This document shows, piece after piece, positions 29,008 through 38,898 of a stretch of DNA of 64,000 nucleotides. The notes below the pieces were generated by a model that worked only from the letters and a program-made list of their open reading frames with translations, was not told the DNA's origin and did not search any database. The stretch is from Flavihumibacter cheonanensis (GTDB taxonomy: Bacteria > Bacteroidota > Bacteroidia > Chitinophagales > Chitinophagaceae). The translations under genes were made by a program, and so were the position numbers. The DNA lies in contig NZ_JAKRWF010000003.1 of assembly GCF_022352215.1 (NCBI RefSeq), positions 165,854 through 229,853 of the forward strand. Reading direction: 5' to 3'. Position 1 is the stretch's first letter; each line of letters starts with the position of its first letter.

Positions 29008-29035
29008 AAAGATAAGTGATATTCTTTTTATCTTT
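29008..29035. promoter_or_regulatory. Inverted repeat AAAGATAA-N12-TTATCTTT in the divergent promoter region between the XRE regulator and the pspA-module genes. It is a candidate operator.
   Basis: A perfect 8-bp inverted repeat sits within 10 bp of the regulator start codon. Confidence 0.35.
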
Positions 29036-29095
29036 ATGCCAATTTTTTTTGCATTTTTTATTTTTTTCAGTAGATTTGTTAGGAACCTTCTGAGC

Positions 29096-29494
29096 ATGGC
29101 AAATCATTATATAGAACAAATTGAAGCCTTTACCCGGCAGTTGGACTGCAGGATTCTGTATCGAAACGAGCAACAGGGCATACTGAAGATTGATAATCCC
29201 GCAGACGGCATCCACAACCTGATCATCGGTATTGCACCTCCGATCCTGATTATGGAGCAGTTTCTGTTTTCCTTCCAGCAGGACCATTGTGATATGTTCA
29301 AACAACTGCTGCAGAAAAACAGGGATACTATACATGGCGCATTTGTTATAAATGAAGAAGGCAATAAAGTGTTGTTTCGGTATACCATGCAACTGGAGCA
29401 TATAAATTTCAATGAGTTTGAAGGAGCGATCAATTCACTGGGACTTCTGCTCAGTGAATATGCAGACCAAATCATTGATTTTTCAAAGCGGTAG
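29096..29494 (+). CDS. Small cytoplasmic protein resembling the YbjN/YjfI-like (T3SS-chaperone-like fold) family. It is the first gene of the pspA module.
   Basis: It is 132 aa from the internal Met of ORF 28916..29494. The upstream part of that ORF overlaps the regulator gene. The family assignment is from memory of motif pattern only. Confidence 0.4.
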   Translation: MANHYIEQIEAFTRQLDCRILYRNEQQGILKIDNPADGIHNLIIGIAPPILIMEQFLFSFQQDHCDMFKQLLQKNRDTIHGAFVINEEGNKVLFRYTMQLEHINFNEFEGAINSLGLLLSEYADQIIDFSKR

Positions 29495-29529
29495 CAATAA
29501 CTGATTTTATCATATTCAAAACTGTAAAC

Positions 29530-30243
29530 ATGAACATTTTTAAACGACTTTTCCGGATCGGACAGGCTGAAATACATGCCGCGGTTGAAAAAATGGAAGA
29601 TCCGGTTAAAATGACAGAACAGGGACTGAGGGAACTTCGCAAAGACCTGGCGGATGCCACTGAAGCATATGCGAAAGTAAAAGCGCTTGCCATCCGAACC
29701 GAAAATGAACAACTCCATTGCCAGAAAGAATCGCTGAATTATGCAGAAAAAGCTATTTTAATCATGCAGAAGGCGCAGGTTGGCCAGGTAGATATGAATA
29801 AAGCGGAAGCGTTAGCTAGGGAAGCCTTATCACTCCGAAGAAAATTCTGGACAGAATCGGAGGAACTGGGCAACCAGGTACTATCGTTGCAGCAGTCGTC
29901 CCGGGAGATGTTGAGGAACACAGAGATCCTTAAGGAAAATATGGAGAAATGGGAAAAAGAATTGAGGACCTTAAAAGCAAGAGCAACAGTAAGCAAGGCT
30001 ACAGAACAGGTAAATAAACAACTTGCCCAACTGGATACCAACGGAACCATTGCTATGCTTGAACGAATGAAAAACAAAGTGGAAGACCAGGAGGCCCTGG
30101 CAAAAGCTTATGGAGAAATTGCCGGTGCCAAAAGCAACTTAAAAGATGAATTGAACGACTTGGTAAAAGATGATTCGTTTTCCATTGAAAAAGACTTACA
30201 AGCCATCAAGGAAAAACTAGGAATAAATCAAAACCTTGCTTAA
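29530..30243 (+). CDS. pspA: PspA/IM30/Vipp1 family protein (phage shock protein A-like; ESCRT-III superfamily)
   Basis: The N-terminal MNIFKRLFRIGQAEIHAAVEKMEDPVKM matches the PspA signature. It is 237 aa and all coiled coil. Confidence 0.9.
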   Translation: MNIFKRLFRIGQAEIHAAVEKMEDPVKMTEQGLRELRKDLADATEAYAKVKALAIRTENEQLHCQKESLNYAEKAILIMQKAQVGQVDMNKAEALAREALSLRRKFWTESEELGNQVLSLQQSSREMLRNTEILKENMEKWEKELRTLKARATVSKATEQVNKQLAQLDTNGTIAMLERMKNKVEDQEALAKAYGEIAGAKSNLKDELNDLVKDDSFSIEKDLQAIKEKLGINQNLA

Positions 30244-30246
30244 GTT

Positions 30247-30927
30247 ATGTCTGATTTTTTTGATCTGCTGTTTCATCCGCTGAGTAATGCTATAATGACG
30301 GTATTAACCGGCATCACTGCTATCTACTGGCTCTTTACTTTTATTGCCGGGGATTTCTTTGGAGACGGGGGAGCAGAGGCAGACATGAATGTACATGGAG
30401 CAGATGTAGATACAGATACCGAATCAGATCTGAGCGATTCCAGTGGCGACAAATCCTTTTTCGATAAGGCCCTGGAATATATCAATATCGGCAAAGTGCC
30501 ATTTATGGTAGTGTATTCTACTTTTAAATTTATCGCCTGGATCATAACTCTGGTTTCTTCTGTAACCCTTGGCCTGGCAGCATGGGGATGGAAATCAGTT
30601 TTTATCCTGCTACCGGTTTTCCTTGTCACTTATTTCATCACCCGATATGCCACCAAACCGTTGGTGAAAGTATACGCTGCAATGGGATATAACGGCGAAG
30701 AAGCGGTAGATCTTATCGGACGAAATGCCATTATGCGTTCAACTATTTCCGGTGAAACCATTGGCGCTGCAGAACTCAAAGTCCAGTCGGATATCATCCG
30801 GATCAATGTAAAAAGCAAAACAGGAGAAGCCCTACTCTATGATGCCCAGGTCATGATTGCCGATGAATCAGCAGATAAAAAATATTATCTAGTTATTCCG
30901 GAAATAAATCTGTCCAATATTGTATAA
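30247..30927 (+). CDS. NfeD/YqiJ-like membrane protein (three TM helices plus a C-terminal OB-fold-like beta domain), a flotillin-associated partner
   Basis: The TM topology, the C-terminal beta-rich segment and its position directly upstream of an SPFH/flotillin gene match the yqiJ-yqiK and nfeD-floT pairing. Confidence 0.6.
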   Translation: MSDFFDLLFHPLSNAIMTVLTGITAIYWLFTFIAGDFFGDGGAEADMNVHGADVDTDTESDLSDSSGDKSFFDKALEYINIGKVPFMVVYSTFKFIAWIITLVSSVTLGLAAWGWKSVFILLPVFLVTYFITRYATKPLVKVYAAMGYNGEEAVDLIGRNAIMRSTISGETIGAAELKVQSDIIRINVKSKTGEALLYDAQVMIADESADKKYYLVIPEINLSNIV

Positions 30928-30986
30928 ACTGGATTCTGCTAGTATATTACCAACCAAACATATAACCTGTAAACCTTTAATCAACT

Positions 30987-33014
30987 ATGGGAGCACTTGG
31001 CGGCATTAGCCTACTGCTGATCGGCGGTATCGTTTTTCTGATTTTCATCGTATTATTTGCATTTGCCACTTTTTACAAAAAAATTCCGCAGGGTAAAGCC
31101 ATTGTGCGTACCGGCGTTGGTGGTGGTAAAGTTGCATTCAACAAAGGAATGTATGTGATTCCCATTTTACATAAAATGGAGATCATGGATATCTCCGTTA
31201 AAAAACTGCAGATCGACCGGATGGAAAACGATGGTCTGATCTGTAAGGATAATATCCGGGCAGACATCAAAGTGGCCTTCTTTGTACGCGTAAATAAAAA
31301 CGTGGACGATGTTCTCAATGTAGCCCAGATTATAGGCACTGAAAGAGCCAGTGATGTGGATACCCTCCGCAATTTATTCGAAGCCAAATTTTCTGAAGCG
31401 CTGAAAACTGTGGGAAAGAAATTCGATTTTATCGAACTCTATGAAGCACGTCGTGAGTTCAGAACAGAAATTCTCAATATCATTGGTACAGATCTGAATG
31501 GGTATATCCTGGACGACTGCGCGATTGATTACCTGGAACAAACAGAAATCTCTTTTTTGAGCCCCCAGAATATCCTTGACTCACAGGGTATCAAAAAAAT
31601 TACGGAGTTAACCGCAGAACAAAACATCAAAGCAAACCTGATCAAGCGGGAAGAAGAAAAAGTAATTAAGAAACAAAACGTGGAAGCAAGGGAAGCAATC
31701 CTTGAGCTGGAACGTCAAATGGCAGAGAAGGAAGAAAAGCAACGCCGCGAAATCGATAATATTAAAGCACGCGAAAATGCGGAGATCATGAAAGTGAGGG
31801 AAGAAGAGCGACTGAAAGCAGAATCGGTGAAAATTAAAACAGAAGAGTCGCTCGCCATACAAGAACAGAACAAACTTCGCCAAATCATAATCGCAGAGAA
31901 AAACAAACTCAGAACCGATGCTGTGGAAACCGAAAGAGTGGAAAAAGACCGGGCACTCGAAGCAACCGAAAGAGAAAAGATCGTAACACTGGCGCAAATT
32001 GAGAAAGAGAAAACAGTGGAAGTGGAACGGAAGAATATTCAGGATGTAATTAAGGAACGGGTTCGCCTGGAAAAGGGCGTAGTGGAGGAACAACAGGGTA
32101 TCAAAGACCTCGAAGCCTTCCGTGAAGTTGAGCGTAATAAAACAGTGGGTATAACAGAAGCGAGTCGGGAAGCCGAAGAAAAACTCATCTTCACCGTAAA
32201 AGCTGCCGAAGCAGATAAGAAAGCTGCCGAGGAAAAAGCCAGACAATTAATCATCGATGCAGAGGCTAAAAAAGAAGCAGCTGTTAAACAGGCAGAAGCC
32301 AGGAAGATTTTGGCGGATGCCCAGGCCAGAGAAGAAGCAACCCTTGGCTTATCTGAAGCAGAAGTTATGATTGCAAAAGCTGAAGCAGCAGAACGCCAGG
32401 GCGCAGTGGATGCAACGGTGATTGAAAAAATTGCAGAAGCTAAACGCAAGGAAGGGTTGACACAGGCGGAAGTAACCAGGGAAAAAGCGCTTGCAGAAGC
32501 AGCAGGAATCCAGGAGAAAGCAGAAGCCATGAAGAAGCTGGATGCGGTTGGTAAGGATCACGAAGAATTCAAACTGCTGCTCCAGAAAGAAAAAGACATC
32601 GCTTTGGCGCAAATTCACATTCAGAAAGATATCGCAGACGCGCAGGCCGATGTATTGGCTGAAGCCCTGCGCACTGCGAAAATCGATATTGTTGGAGGTG
32701 AAACCATGTTCTTCCGGAATATAGTAAACCAGATTTCCAACGCCAAAGGATTTGACCGTCTGATCAATGAAAGTGAACATGCTACGGATATAAAGAAGGC
32801 GCTGATCGGCGATGGCAGCAACAGTGGTGATCTCCTCGAACGTATACGGGAATTTGCCGACAAGTACAATATCTCCACAAATGATATCAAGAACCTGACC
32901 ATATCCAGCCTCATTCTGAAAATGCAACAACAGAGTTCAGACGCCGACCGCCCGATGTTATTAAACCTGGCAAACCTGGCGAGCAGTCTGGGCATTTCTA
33001 ACAAAAAGCTCTAA
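30987..33014 (+). CDS. Flotillin-like SPFH/Band-7 protein (YqiK/FloT-like) with a long E/A/K-rich coiled-coil region
   Basis: It has an N-terminal TM helix, an SPFH domain (KAIVRTGVGGGKVAFNKGMYVIP) and an extended EA-repeat flotillin coiled coil. Confidence 0.9.
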   Translation: MGALGGISLLLIGGIVFLIFIVLFAFATFYKKIPQGKAIVRTGVGGGKVAFNKGMYVIPILHKMEIMDISVKKLQIDRMENDGLICKDNIRADIKVAFFVRVNKNVDDVLNVAQIIGTERASDVDTLRNLFEAKFSEALKTVGKKFDFIELYEARREFRTEILNIIGTDLNGYILDDCAIDYLEQTEISFLSPQNILDSQGIKKITELTAEQNIKANLIKREEEKVIKKQNVEAREAILELERQMAEKEEKQRREIDNIKARENAEIMKVREEERLKAESVKIKTEESLAIQEQNKLRQIIIAEKNKLRTDAVETERVEKDRALEATEREKIVTLAQIEKEKTVEVERKNIQDVIKERVRLEKGVVEEQQGIKDLEAFREVERNKTVGITEASREAEEKLIFTVKAAEADKKAAEEKARQLIIDAEAKKEAAVKQAEARKILADAQAREEATLGLSEAEVMIAKAEAAERQGAVDATVIEKIAEAKRKEGLTQAEVTREKALAEAAGIQEKAEAMKKLDAVGKDHEEFKLLLQKEKDIALAQIHIQKDIADAQADVLAEALRTAKIDIVGGETMFFRNIVNQISNAKGFDRLINESEHATDIKKALIGDGSNSGDLLERIREFADKYNISTNDIKNLTISSLILKMQQQSSDADRPMLLNLANLASSLGISNKKL

Positions 33015-33032
33015 CCGTAAGTGAATGATTGA

Positions 33033-36000
33033 TTGATGGAGGTAAAAGCAGGAATGGATACAAACCGACAGGATGTGCTGGATGCAGGCACATATGAAAT
33101 CATCCGGAACCGTTTGCAGGAACAACGCATTGAATTGTCCGGCAGACTGGCACAATTAAACCAGGCAAGGAAAGAGATTTTCAATTCTTCCGGATTTCAA
33201 TTGATCGCCAACCAACGTATCAGTACGGACAACAATGGCGTGGCCCGGGGCATAACTGCCATCGGTAATACTACCCTCTTCGCCTATAATGTTCACTTTG
33301 GACTTCGGGAGGATATCAAATTATCGGATGTATTCAGCATCTATACTTTCACAGGCGATCACTTTGAGCCTCAGCCATTAAGTATACTGGAAGATCCCGC
33401 ATTTATAACTGATTATACCAACCTTTATAAATACTATCGAGACTCCATTTTTGCCGGATTCCATCAAAAGCAGAATTATCTGTACATGGTATTTCAGACC
33501 AGCAAAAATCCGGATGACCGAAAAGCATTCAAATGGCTGATCCGAAATGGACAGTTGATCTACCAGGACGACCGGAGTATTCACGAGGTCAGAAAAGCAG
33601 CTCAACATGATTTTAAGTGGATCCAGACCGATCTGAGCAACCGTAGGCTGGGTGTACATCCGCATATTTCCATCTTGGATAAAGTGTTTATTGAAGCATT
33701 GAATGGTGATATCACTTTCAAGATTGAAAACAATACAGATACCGGAAAGGGCATATTTTCAGACCCTGTAAATAACCGGGATCAACAATTGGATGATGCC
33801 TTCTATTATTATGCCGACCTGGGTAACCTGATCGCCATAAAGATCAAACCCTACCAGGAAGATTTCCGGGCTTATATCTTTAATGTAAGGACGAAGGAGG
33901 TCACCTCCATACCCAGTTTGGTAGAAGCGGGTATTGTATTGCCGGAGAACCAGGGTATAATTTTTTCGAATGGATATTACCTTCAGAGCGGTGAATACAA
34001 ACTATTTGAAAACGGCCTAACGGATCTTGAATTCATACAAAGTACCGCATCCCCCAACGGTGAAGATTTTCTGTATTGCTTTTACCAGCGGACATCCAAC
34101 ATTTATGTACTGATGTCCTATAACATAATTTCCCGGCAGGTGGAAACTCCGATTATCTGCAATGGATATACAATTTATGATGATGGTAAACTAGTTTATT
34201 TCCGGTCTGAAAATGAAGCGATCCGTCATCACCAGGTACAGATCTGGCAAACACCCTATACCAGTACACTTCAGGAGAATCCGAAACTGGTCAATAATTA
34301 TCTCTACAAAATCGGCAACAAAGACATTGTGGCTGCCATGAGTGAATGCCAGGAAGTATTGCAGTTGATTCAAAAGGAAGACAGTTACGAAGGACTGTAT
34401 GAAGATATCCTGAAAAAATCGTCGGATATCCTGGATGCCTATTTCTGGATCAAAGAGGATGTGGCAGGCAACCTGGCTCAACCACTGACGCAGATCCAGT
34501 CTATCGCCAATACAGCAATAGATGAATTTGCAAAAGTGCAGTCGCAACGCAAGCATGCACGGGAAGTGCTGCTCTCCATGAAGAAAAAAGTGGAGCAACA
34601 GGTGATCGACATCAAGAACGCCTCCATTCAAACACTGGATCAACTGGTACGAATACTGGCGGATACCCGCGGAATGCAGGGCACTGTAATCGATCTGCTT
34701 AATGTTAAGTATGTTGATACAGAAGCTGTGCAACAATTGAGAGAGGTTTTGCAGACCTATAACCAGTCGCTTTCTGAGGATACCGTACAGTTCCTGCTGA
34801 AGGAAGAAGCACTGTTACCCTACGAACAGAAAGTGGCTGACCAGAAGCAGGCAATTGAGCGCATTCAAAAAGCAGTGGATGCGCAACCTGTTTCAGAGGC
34901 CATTCAGGAAATCGCCAAACAACTGGAAATGGTGATTGATATCCTGAACAGCCTTAAAATTGAAGACAGCACACAAACCACGCGGATTATTGAAAAAATC
35001 GCTGTTATTTTCTCTTCCTTAAATGAAGTGAAAGCGGCGTTAACCCGAACTGTTTCCAACCTCAAGACCAGGGAACTTACGGGTGAGTTCCATGCACAGC
35101 TCACCTTACTGGAACAAAGCATGGTAAACTTTCTGGACCTCTCCGATACCCCTGAAAAAGCCGATGAATACTTTACGAAAATCAGCATCCAGGTTGAAGA
35201 ACTGGAGAGTAAGTTCGCCGATTTTGAGGAATTTGTACTGAAGATCGCAGAAAAAAGAGAGGACATCAGTAAAGCGTTTAGTGGTAAAAAAGAAATCCTG
35301 CTAACACAAATCAATAAACGAACCGGCAGCCTGGAACAAATCGGTTTGCGGGTACTAAAGAATATTGAAAATAAGGTTCAGTCGCTCGATAAGAAAGAAA
35401 GCATCTATGCATTTTTTGCATCGGACCTTATGATTGATAAGGTTCGTAACCTGGCTGAAGAATTAAAGACTTTAGGTGATGTAGCCAAGGCCGAAAATTT
35501 GCTGAACCTGATCAAGCTGACCCAGGAAAATGCGCTTCGTCAGCTTCGCGATAAAACTGAACTCTTTACTGGCGGCAACAACATATTATCGCTCGGCAAT
35601 TACAAGTTCATTGTAAACAAGCAGGTACTGGATCTGAATATTGTAAGAAGAAATGAACAACTCTATTACCATTTACTTGGTACCAGTTTTTACAAGGAGA
35701 TTCGGGAGGAAAAACTCTATGCTTATCAGTCTATATGGGACCAGGAGATAATTTCAGAAAATAAGGAAGTATATCGCGCCGAGTTTCTTGCCTATGATGC
35801 TTTCCTGGCGGGTAAACAAGGTGCACAGGATTGGGATGCTGCTGCTTATATCAATGAAAAAACGGAACGTGATTTCGCGGCAGGTTATATTAAAGGGGTA
35901 CATAATACAGATGCTTTAGCAATTTACCAGGCATTGAAAAAGCTACAGGAAGAATTGGGCATCCTTCATTATTCACCAAAGCTGAGAGCCAGTGCGCAAT

Positions 36001-37886
36001 TGTTCTGGATGGAGCTGGATGAGCCGGTGCAGAAACGACTCCGGCAATTAATAACTGCCACCCATTCCATTGAAAAAAGTTTTCCTCAAAGCAGGCAGTT
36101 TGAATTTGCTGAGAATGAAATCGTAAGCACTATTATGAAGACTGAACCGACAATAAATAGAGAAACCGCCGCAGAGATGGCAGTCTATTTGTACCGGGAG
36201 TTTTCAGTAAATAAAGATTTCACAACAAGCCAGCAGGCTTACCAGCTGACAAAATCCTTTAAGGAGTACCTCCAGCAAAACAAACGACTGGAGGCATTTC
36301 ACCAGGAAACCGAAAACCAGGAATTTACCAATCGGGAACGATTCCAATTAATTCAAAGCTGGCTACAGGCTTATCTTCATACTATTCCGGGTGAAACAAC
36401 CAATTGGTATCTGACCGAAGCAGTTGCATTACAGGTATTCAGCCAGCATCCTTTTAAACAAAAAACTGGTGCTGATATAACGGTGCTGGATACACTAAAA
36501 GGAACACATACTGTGATACAGGATGGAAAATATTCCTTGCATTTTCACAGTTTTATTGAAAAACTTCAGCAATACAACCGTACCATAGTACCCGCTTTCA
36601 CAGCTTTCAACCAGGAAAAAGGGAAGCTGATCAAAACCTATCGCAACCAGCTGAAGATTTCAGAGCTGGAACCTAAAGTATTAAGTTCGTTTATTCGTAA
36701 CCGCTTGATCAATGAAGTTTATTTTCCTTTAATCGGGGCGAACCTGGCCAAACAGATCGGGGCTGCAGGTGATGATAAAAGAACCGCAAGGATGGGCATG
36801 CTTTTGCTGGTATCACCTCCAGGGTATGGTAAAACCACATTGATGGAATACCTCGCAAAAACGATGGGACTACATTTCGTGAAAATCAATGGGCCGACTA
36901 TCGGACACAAGATCAGCTCCATTGATCCATTGGAAGCTACCACATCAGGTGCCCGGGAAGAACTTAAAAAAATCAACCTGGCCTTTGAGATGGCCGACAA
37001 TGTGATGCTTTATATTGACGATATCCAGCATTGCAGTGCGGAATTCCTGCAAAAATTCATTTCACTGGCCGATGGACAACGAAAAATGGATGGCATTTTT
37101 GAAGGAGAAAGTAAAACCTACGACCTCCGTGGAAAACGATTCTGTGTAGTAATGGCGGGCAACCCTTATACAGAAAGCGGTGAACAATTCAAAATACCGG
37201 ACATGCTGGCCAACCGGGCAGATGTGTATAATCTCGGAGACGTAATTGGCAATTCAGATTCCTTATTCCAGCTGAGCCTGATTGAAAACTCCGTAGCCGA
37301 AAACAGTTACCTGCAGAAAATCACGAATAAAAGTTTTACGGACCTCTACAAACTGATTCAATACCTGGAGGACGGAGCAGAAACCATACCTGAACTGGAG
37401 GGGAATCACAGCCAGCAGGATTTGGAAGATGCGATGAAAGTACTGAAACACATGCTTCGCATACGCAATATCGTTATACAAGTCAATCAGCAATACATAG
37501 CCAGTGCTGCCATGAAAGACGCCTACCGAACGGAACCGGCATTCAAACTGCAGGGATCCTATCGCAATATGAACAAGCTGGCAGGAAGGGTGGTACCATT
37601 GATGAATGAGGAGGAGATAAGAGACCTGATCCGTGCTCATTATGAAGGAGAATCACAAACCCTCACTTCGGACGCAGAAGCCAATCTGTTAAAACTGAAA
37701 GAAATCGCTGGACTGCTTACTGAAGAAGAGGAAACCCGCTGGAAAGAGATTCAATCTATCTTCAGGAAAAACAATCGTTTTGGGGGAATGGCCGGCCAGG
37801 ACAGCACGGGTCTATTTCTTCAGCAAATGAGTGCTTTTAATGAGCAACTCGAAGCTATCGCGGATGCACTACGAAATAAAAATTGA
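33033..37886 (+). CDS. Giant (1617 aa) protein with a C-terminal Lon-like AAA+ ATPase module and no protease domain. The N-terminal ~1150 aa are beta-rich then alpha/coiled-coil and uncharacterised.
   Basis: It has Walker A LLLVSPPGYGKTTLMEYLAK, Walker B VMLYIDDIQHC, sensor-1 CVVMAGNP and the arginine region KIPDMLANRADVYNL, which resembles Lon NIPAPLLDRMEVIRL. There is no Ser-Lys protease motif. There is an 18-bp gap after the flotillin gene. Confidence 0.7.
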   Translation: MMEVKAGMDTNRQDVLDAGTYEIIRNRLQEQRIELSGRLAQLNQARKEIFNSSGFQLIANQRISTDNNGVARGITAIGNTTLFAYNVHFGLREDIKLSDVFSIYTFTGDHFEPQPLSILEDPAFITDYTNLYKYYRDSIFAGFHQKQNYLYMVFQTSKNPDDRKAFKWLIRNGQLIYQDDRSIHEVRKAAQHDFKWIQTDLSNRRLGVHPHISILDKVFIEALNGDITFKIENNTDTGKGIFSDPVNNRDQQLDDAFYYYADLGNLIAIKIKPYQEDFRAYIFNVRTKEVTSIPSLVEAGIVLPENQGIIFSNGYYLQSGEYKLFENGLTDLEFIQSTASPNGEDFLYCFYQRTSNIYVLMSYNIISRQVETPIICNGYTIYDDGKLVYFRSENEAIRHHQVQIWQTPYTSTLQENPKLVNNYLYKIGNKDIVAAMSECQEVLQLIQKEDSYEGLYEDILKKSSDILDAYFWIKEDVAGNLAQPLTQIQSIANTAIDEFAKVQSQRKHAREVLLSMKKKVEQQVIDIKNASIQTLDQLVRILADTRGMQGTVIDLLNVKYVDTEAVQQLREVLQTYNQSLSEDTVQFLLKEEALLPYEQKVADQKQAIERIQKAVDAQPVSEAIQEIAKQLEMVIDILNSLKIEDSTQTTRIIEKIAVIFSSLNEVKAALTRTVSNLKTRELTGEFHAQLTLLEQSMVNFLDLSDTPEKADEYFTKISIQVEELESKFADFEEFVLKIAEKREDISKAFSGKKEILLTQINKRTGSLEQIGLRVLKNIENKVQSLDKKESIYAFFASDLMIDKVRNLAEELKTLGDVAKAENLLNLIKLTQENALRQLRDKTELFTGGNNILSLGNYKFIVNKQVLDLNIVRRNEQLYYHLLGTSFYKEIREEKLYAYQSIWDQEIISENKEVYRAEFLAYDAFLAGKQGAQDWDAAAYINEKTERDFAAGYIKGVHNTDALAIYQALKKLQEELGILHYSPKLRASAQLFWMELDEPVQKRLRQLITATHSIEKSFPQSRQFEFAENEIVSTIMKTEPTINRETAAEMAVYLYREFSVNKDFTTSQQAYQLTKSFKEYLQQNKRLEAFHQETENQEFTNRERFQLIQSWLQAYLHTIPGETTNWYLTEAVALQVFSQHPFKQKTGADITVLDTLKGTHTVIQDGKYSLHFHSFIEKLQQYNRTIVPAFTAFNQEKGKLIKTYRNQLKISELEPKVLSSFIRNRLINEVYFPLIGANLAKQIGAAGDDKRTARMGMLLLVSPPGYGKTTLMEYLAKTMGLHFVKINGPTIGHKISSIDPLEATTSGAREELKKINLAFEMADNVMLYIDDIQHCSAEFLQKFISLADGQRKMDGIFEGESKTYDLRGKRFCVVMAGNPYTESGEQFKIPDMLANRADVYNLGDVIGNSDSLFQLSLIENSVAENSYLQKITNKSFTDLYKLIQYLEDGAETIPELEGNHSQQDLEDAMKVLKHMLRIRNIVIQVNQQYIASAAMKDAYRTEPAFKLQGSYRNMNKLAGRVVPLMNEEEIRDLIRAHYEGESQTLTSDAEANLLKLKEIAGLLTEEEETRWKEIQSIFRKNNRFGGMAGQDSTGLFLQQMSAFNEQLEAIADALRNKN

Positions 37887-37978
37887 GCAGGTTTTGAAAT
37901 AATCACAATTTAACCTGACAAATATCAGGTTCTCATTAAATTAGGGTAGTGTAATTTCAGGTAATAAAATTAACCATC

Positions 37979-38803
37979 ATGAACGCTATCCTGGTTGCTA
38001 CCGATTTTTCGAATCCTAGTCGCGGTGCCGCCGCTTATGCTGCAGCCCTTGCCAAATTAAATGGCGCAACTCTCACTTTACTGCATGCCTATCTATTACC
38101 CACACCTGTAAGCGAAGTTCCCTATGTGATGGTTTCCGTGGAAGAATTGCAGAAAGACAATGAGAAACTGGTGAAGGAAATGGCGGAGGGACTGGAAAAC
38201 CAATATGACATCAAGGTTCAAACGCTGGTGACGATTGGACTTCCGGCGGATGAAGTTGTATACCAGGCAACTGAAATCGGAGCCGATCTGGTGGTAACGG
38301 GGATGCGTGGAGTAACGAATACCCTTGACAAACTGATTGGAAGCACCACAGCAGCCATTATGAGGAAGTCTACCGTACCAGTGCTGGTAGTACCAGAGCA
38401 ATCGGTTTACGCACCCTGGAAGCAGGTGGTATACGCTACTGATTTCAGCTATACGATGAATTTGCGTTGCTTGAAAATGCTTAAGGTTCTATCAGGAAAT
38501 CAGCCTGATATGCATATGAAAATCGTTTATGTACAAAGACCGGGTGAAATTATGTCAGCCGAACAGATAGCAGGCAAGGTACGGCTGGATCCCATGTTGG
38601 AAACAATACCCCATAGTTATCTCGACCTGGAACATGTATCGGTAGAAGAATCCCTCAAACAATACCTGCACGACCATCCAACGGACGTGCTGGTAATGGT
38701 TGCTCATAAACACAGTTGGTGGGAACGCCTGTTCAGCGGAAGTCATACCCGTGAAATGGTGTACCAGTCGGAAATTCCTTTGTTGGTTCTTCAGGATAAA
38801 TAG
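37979..38803 (+). CDS. Universal stress protein (tandem UspA domains)
   Basis: It is 274 aa with two Usp repeats (MNAILVATDFS and a second domain with VVYATDFS). Confidence 0.85.
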   Translation: MNAILVATDFSNPSRGAAAYAAALAKLNGATLTLLHAYLLPTPVSEVPYVMVSVEELQKDNEKLVKEMAEGLENQYDIKVQTLVTIGLPADEVVYQATEIGADLVVTGMRGVTNTLDKLIGSTTAAIMRKSTVPVLVVPEQSVYAPWKQVVYATDFSYTMNLRCLKMLKVLSGNQPDMHMKIVYVQRPGEIMSAEQIAGKVRLDPMLETIPHSYLDLEHVSVEESLKQYLHDHPTDVLVMVAHKHSWWERLFSGSHTREMVYQSEIPLLVLQDK

Positions 38804-38898
38804 GACTTGTCAATTGCCAATTGCTTCTTACCTTTGCCCCCCATTTTAAGGCAAGCAAAACTGCTTTTGCCCATTTGTATCAACAAAAAACACCATTT

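Noticed and set aside
28916-29095. N-terminal 60 aa of ORF 28916..29494
   Set aside because: It overlaps the 5' end of the divergent XRE regulator gene. The conserved part begins at the internal Met at 29096.
31608-32930. Minus-strand ORFs of 163-212 aa inside the flotillin gene
   Set aside because: They are antisense artefacts of the EA-rich repeat coding sequence, being Phe/Cys/Ser-rich with no motifs.
38821-38898. The first 26 codons of the trigger factor ORF (MLLTFAPHFKASK...)
   Set aside because: Trigger factor N-terminal conservation begins at MATVTRENIG, and the upstream extension is probably 5' UTR.
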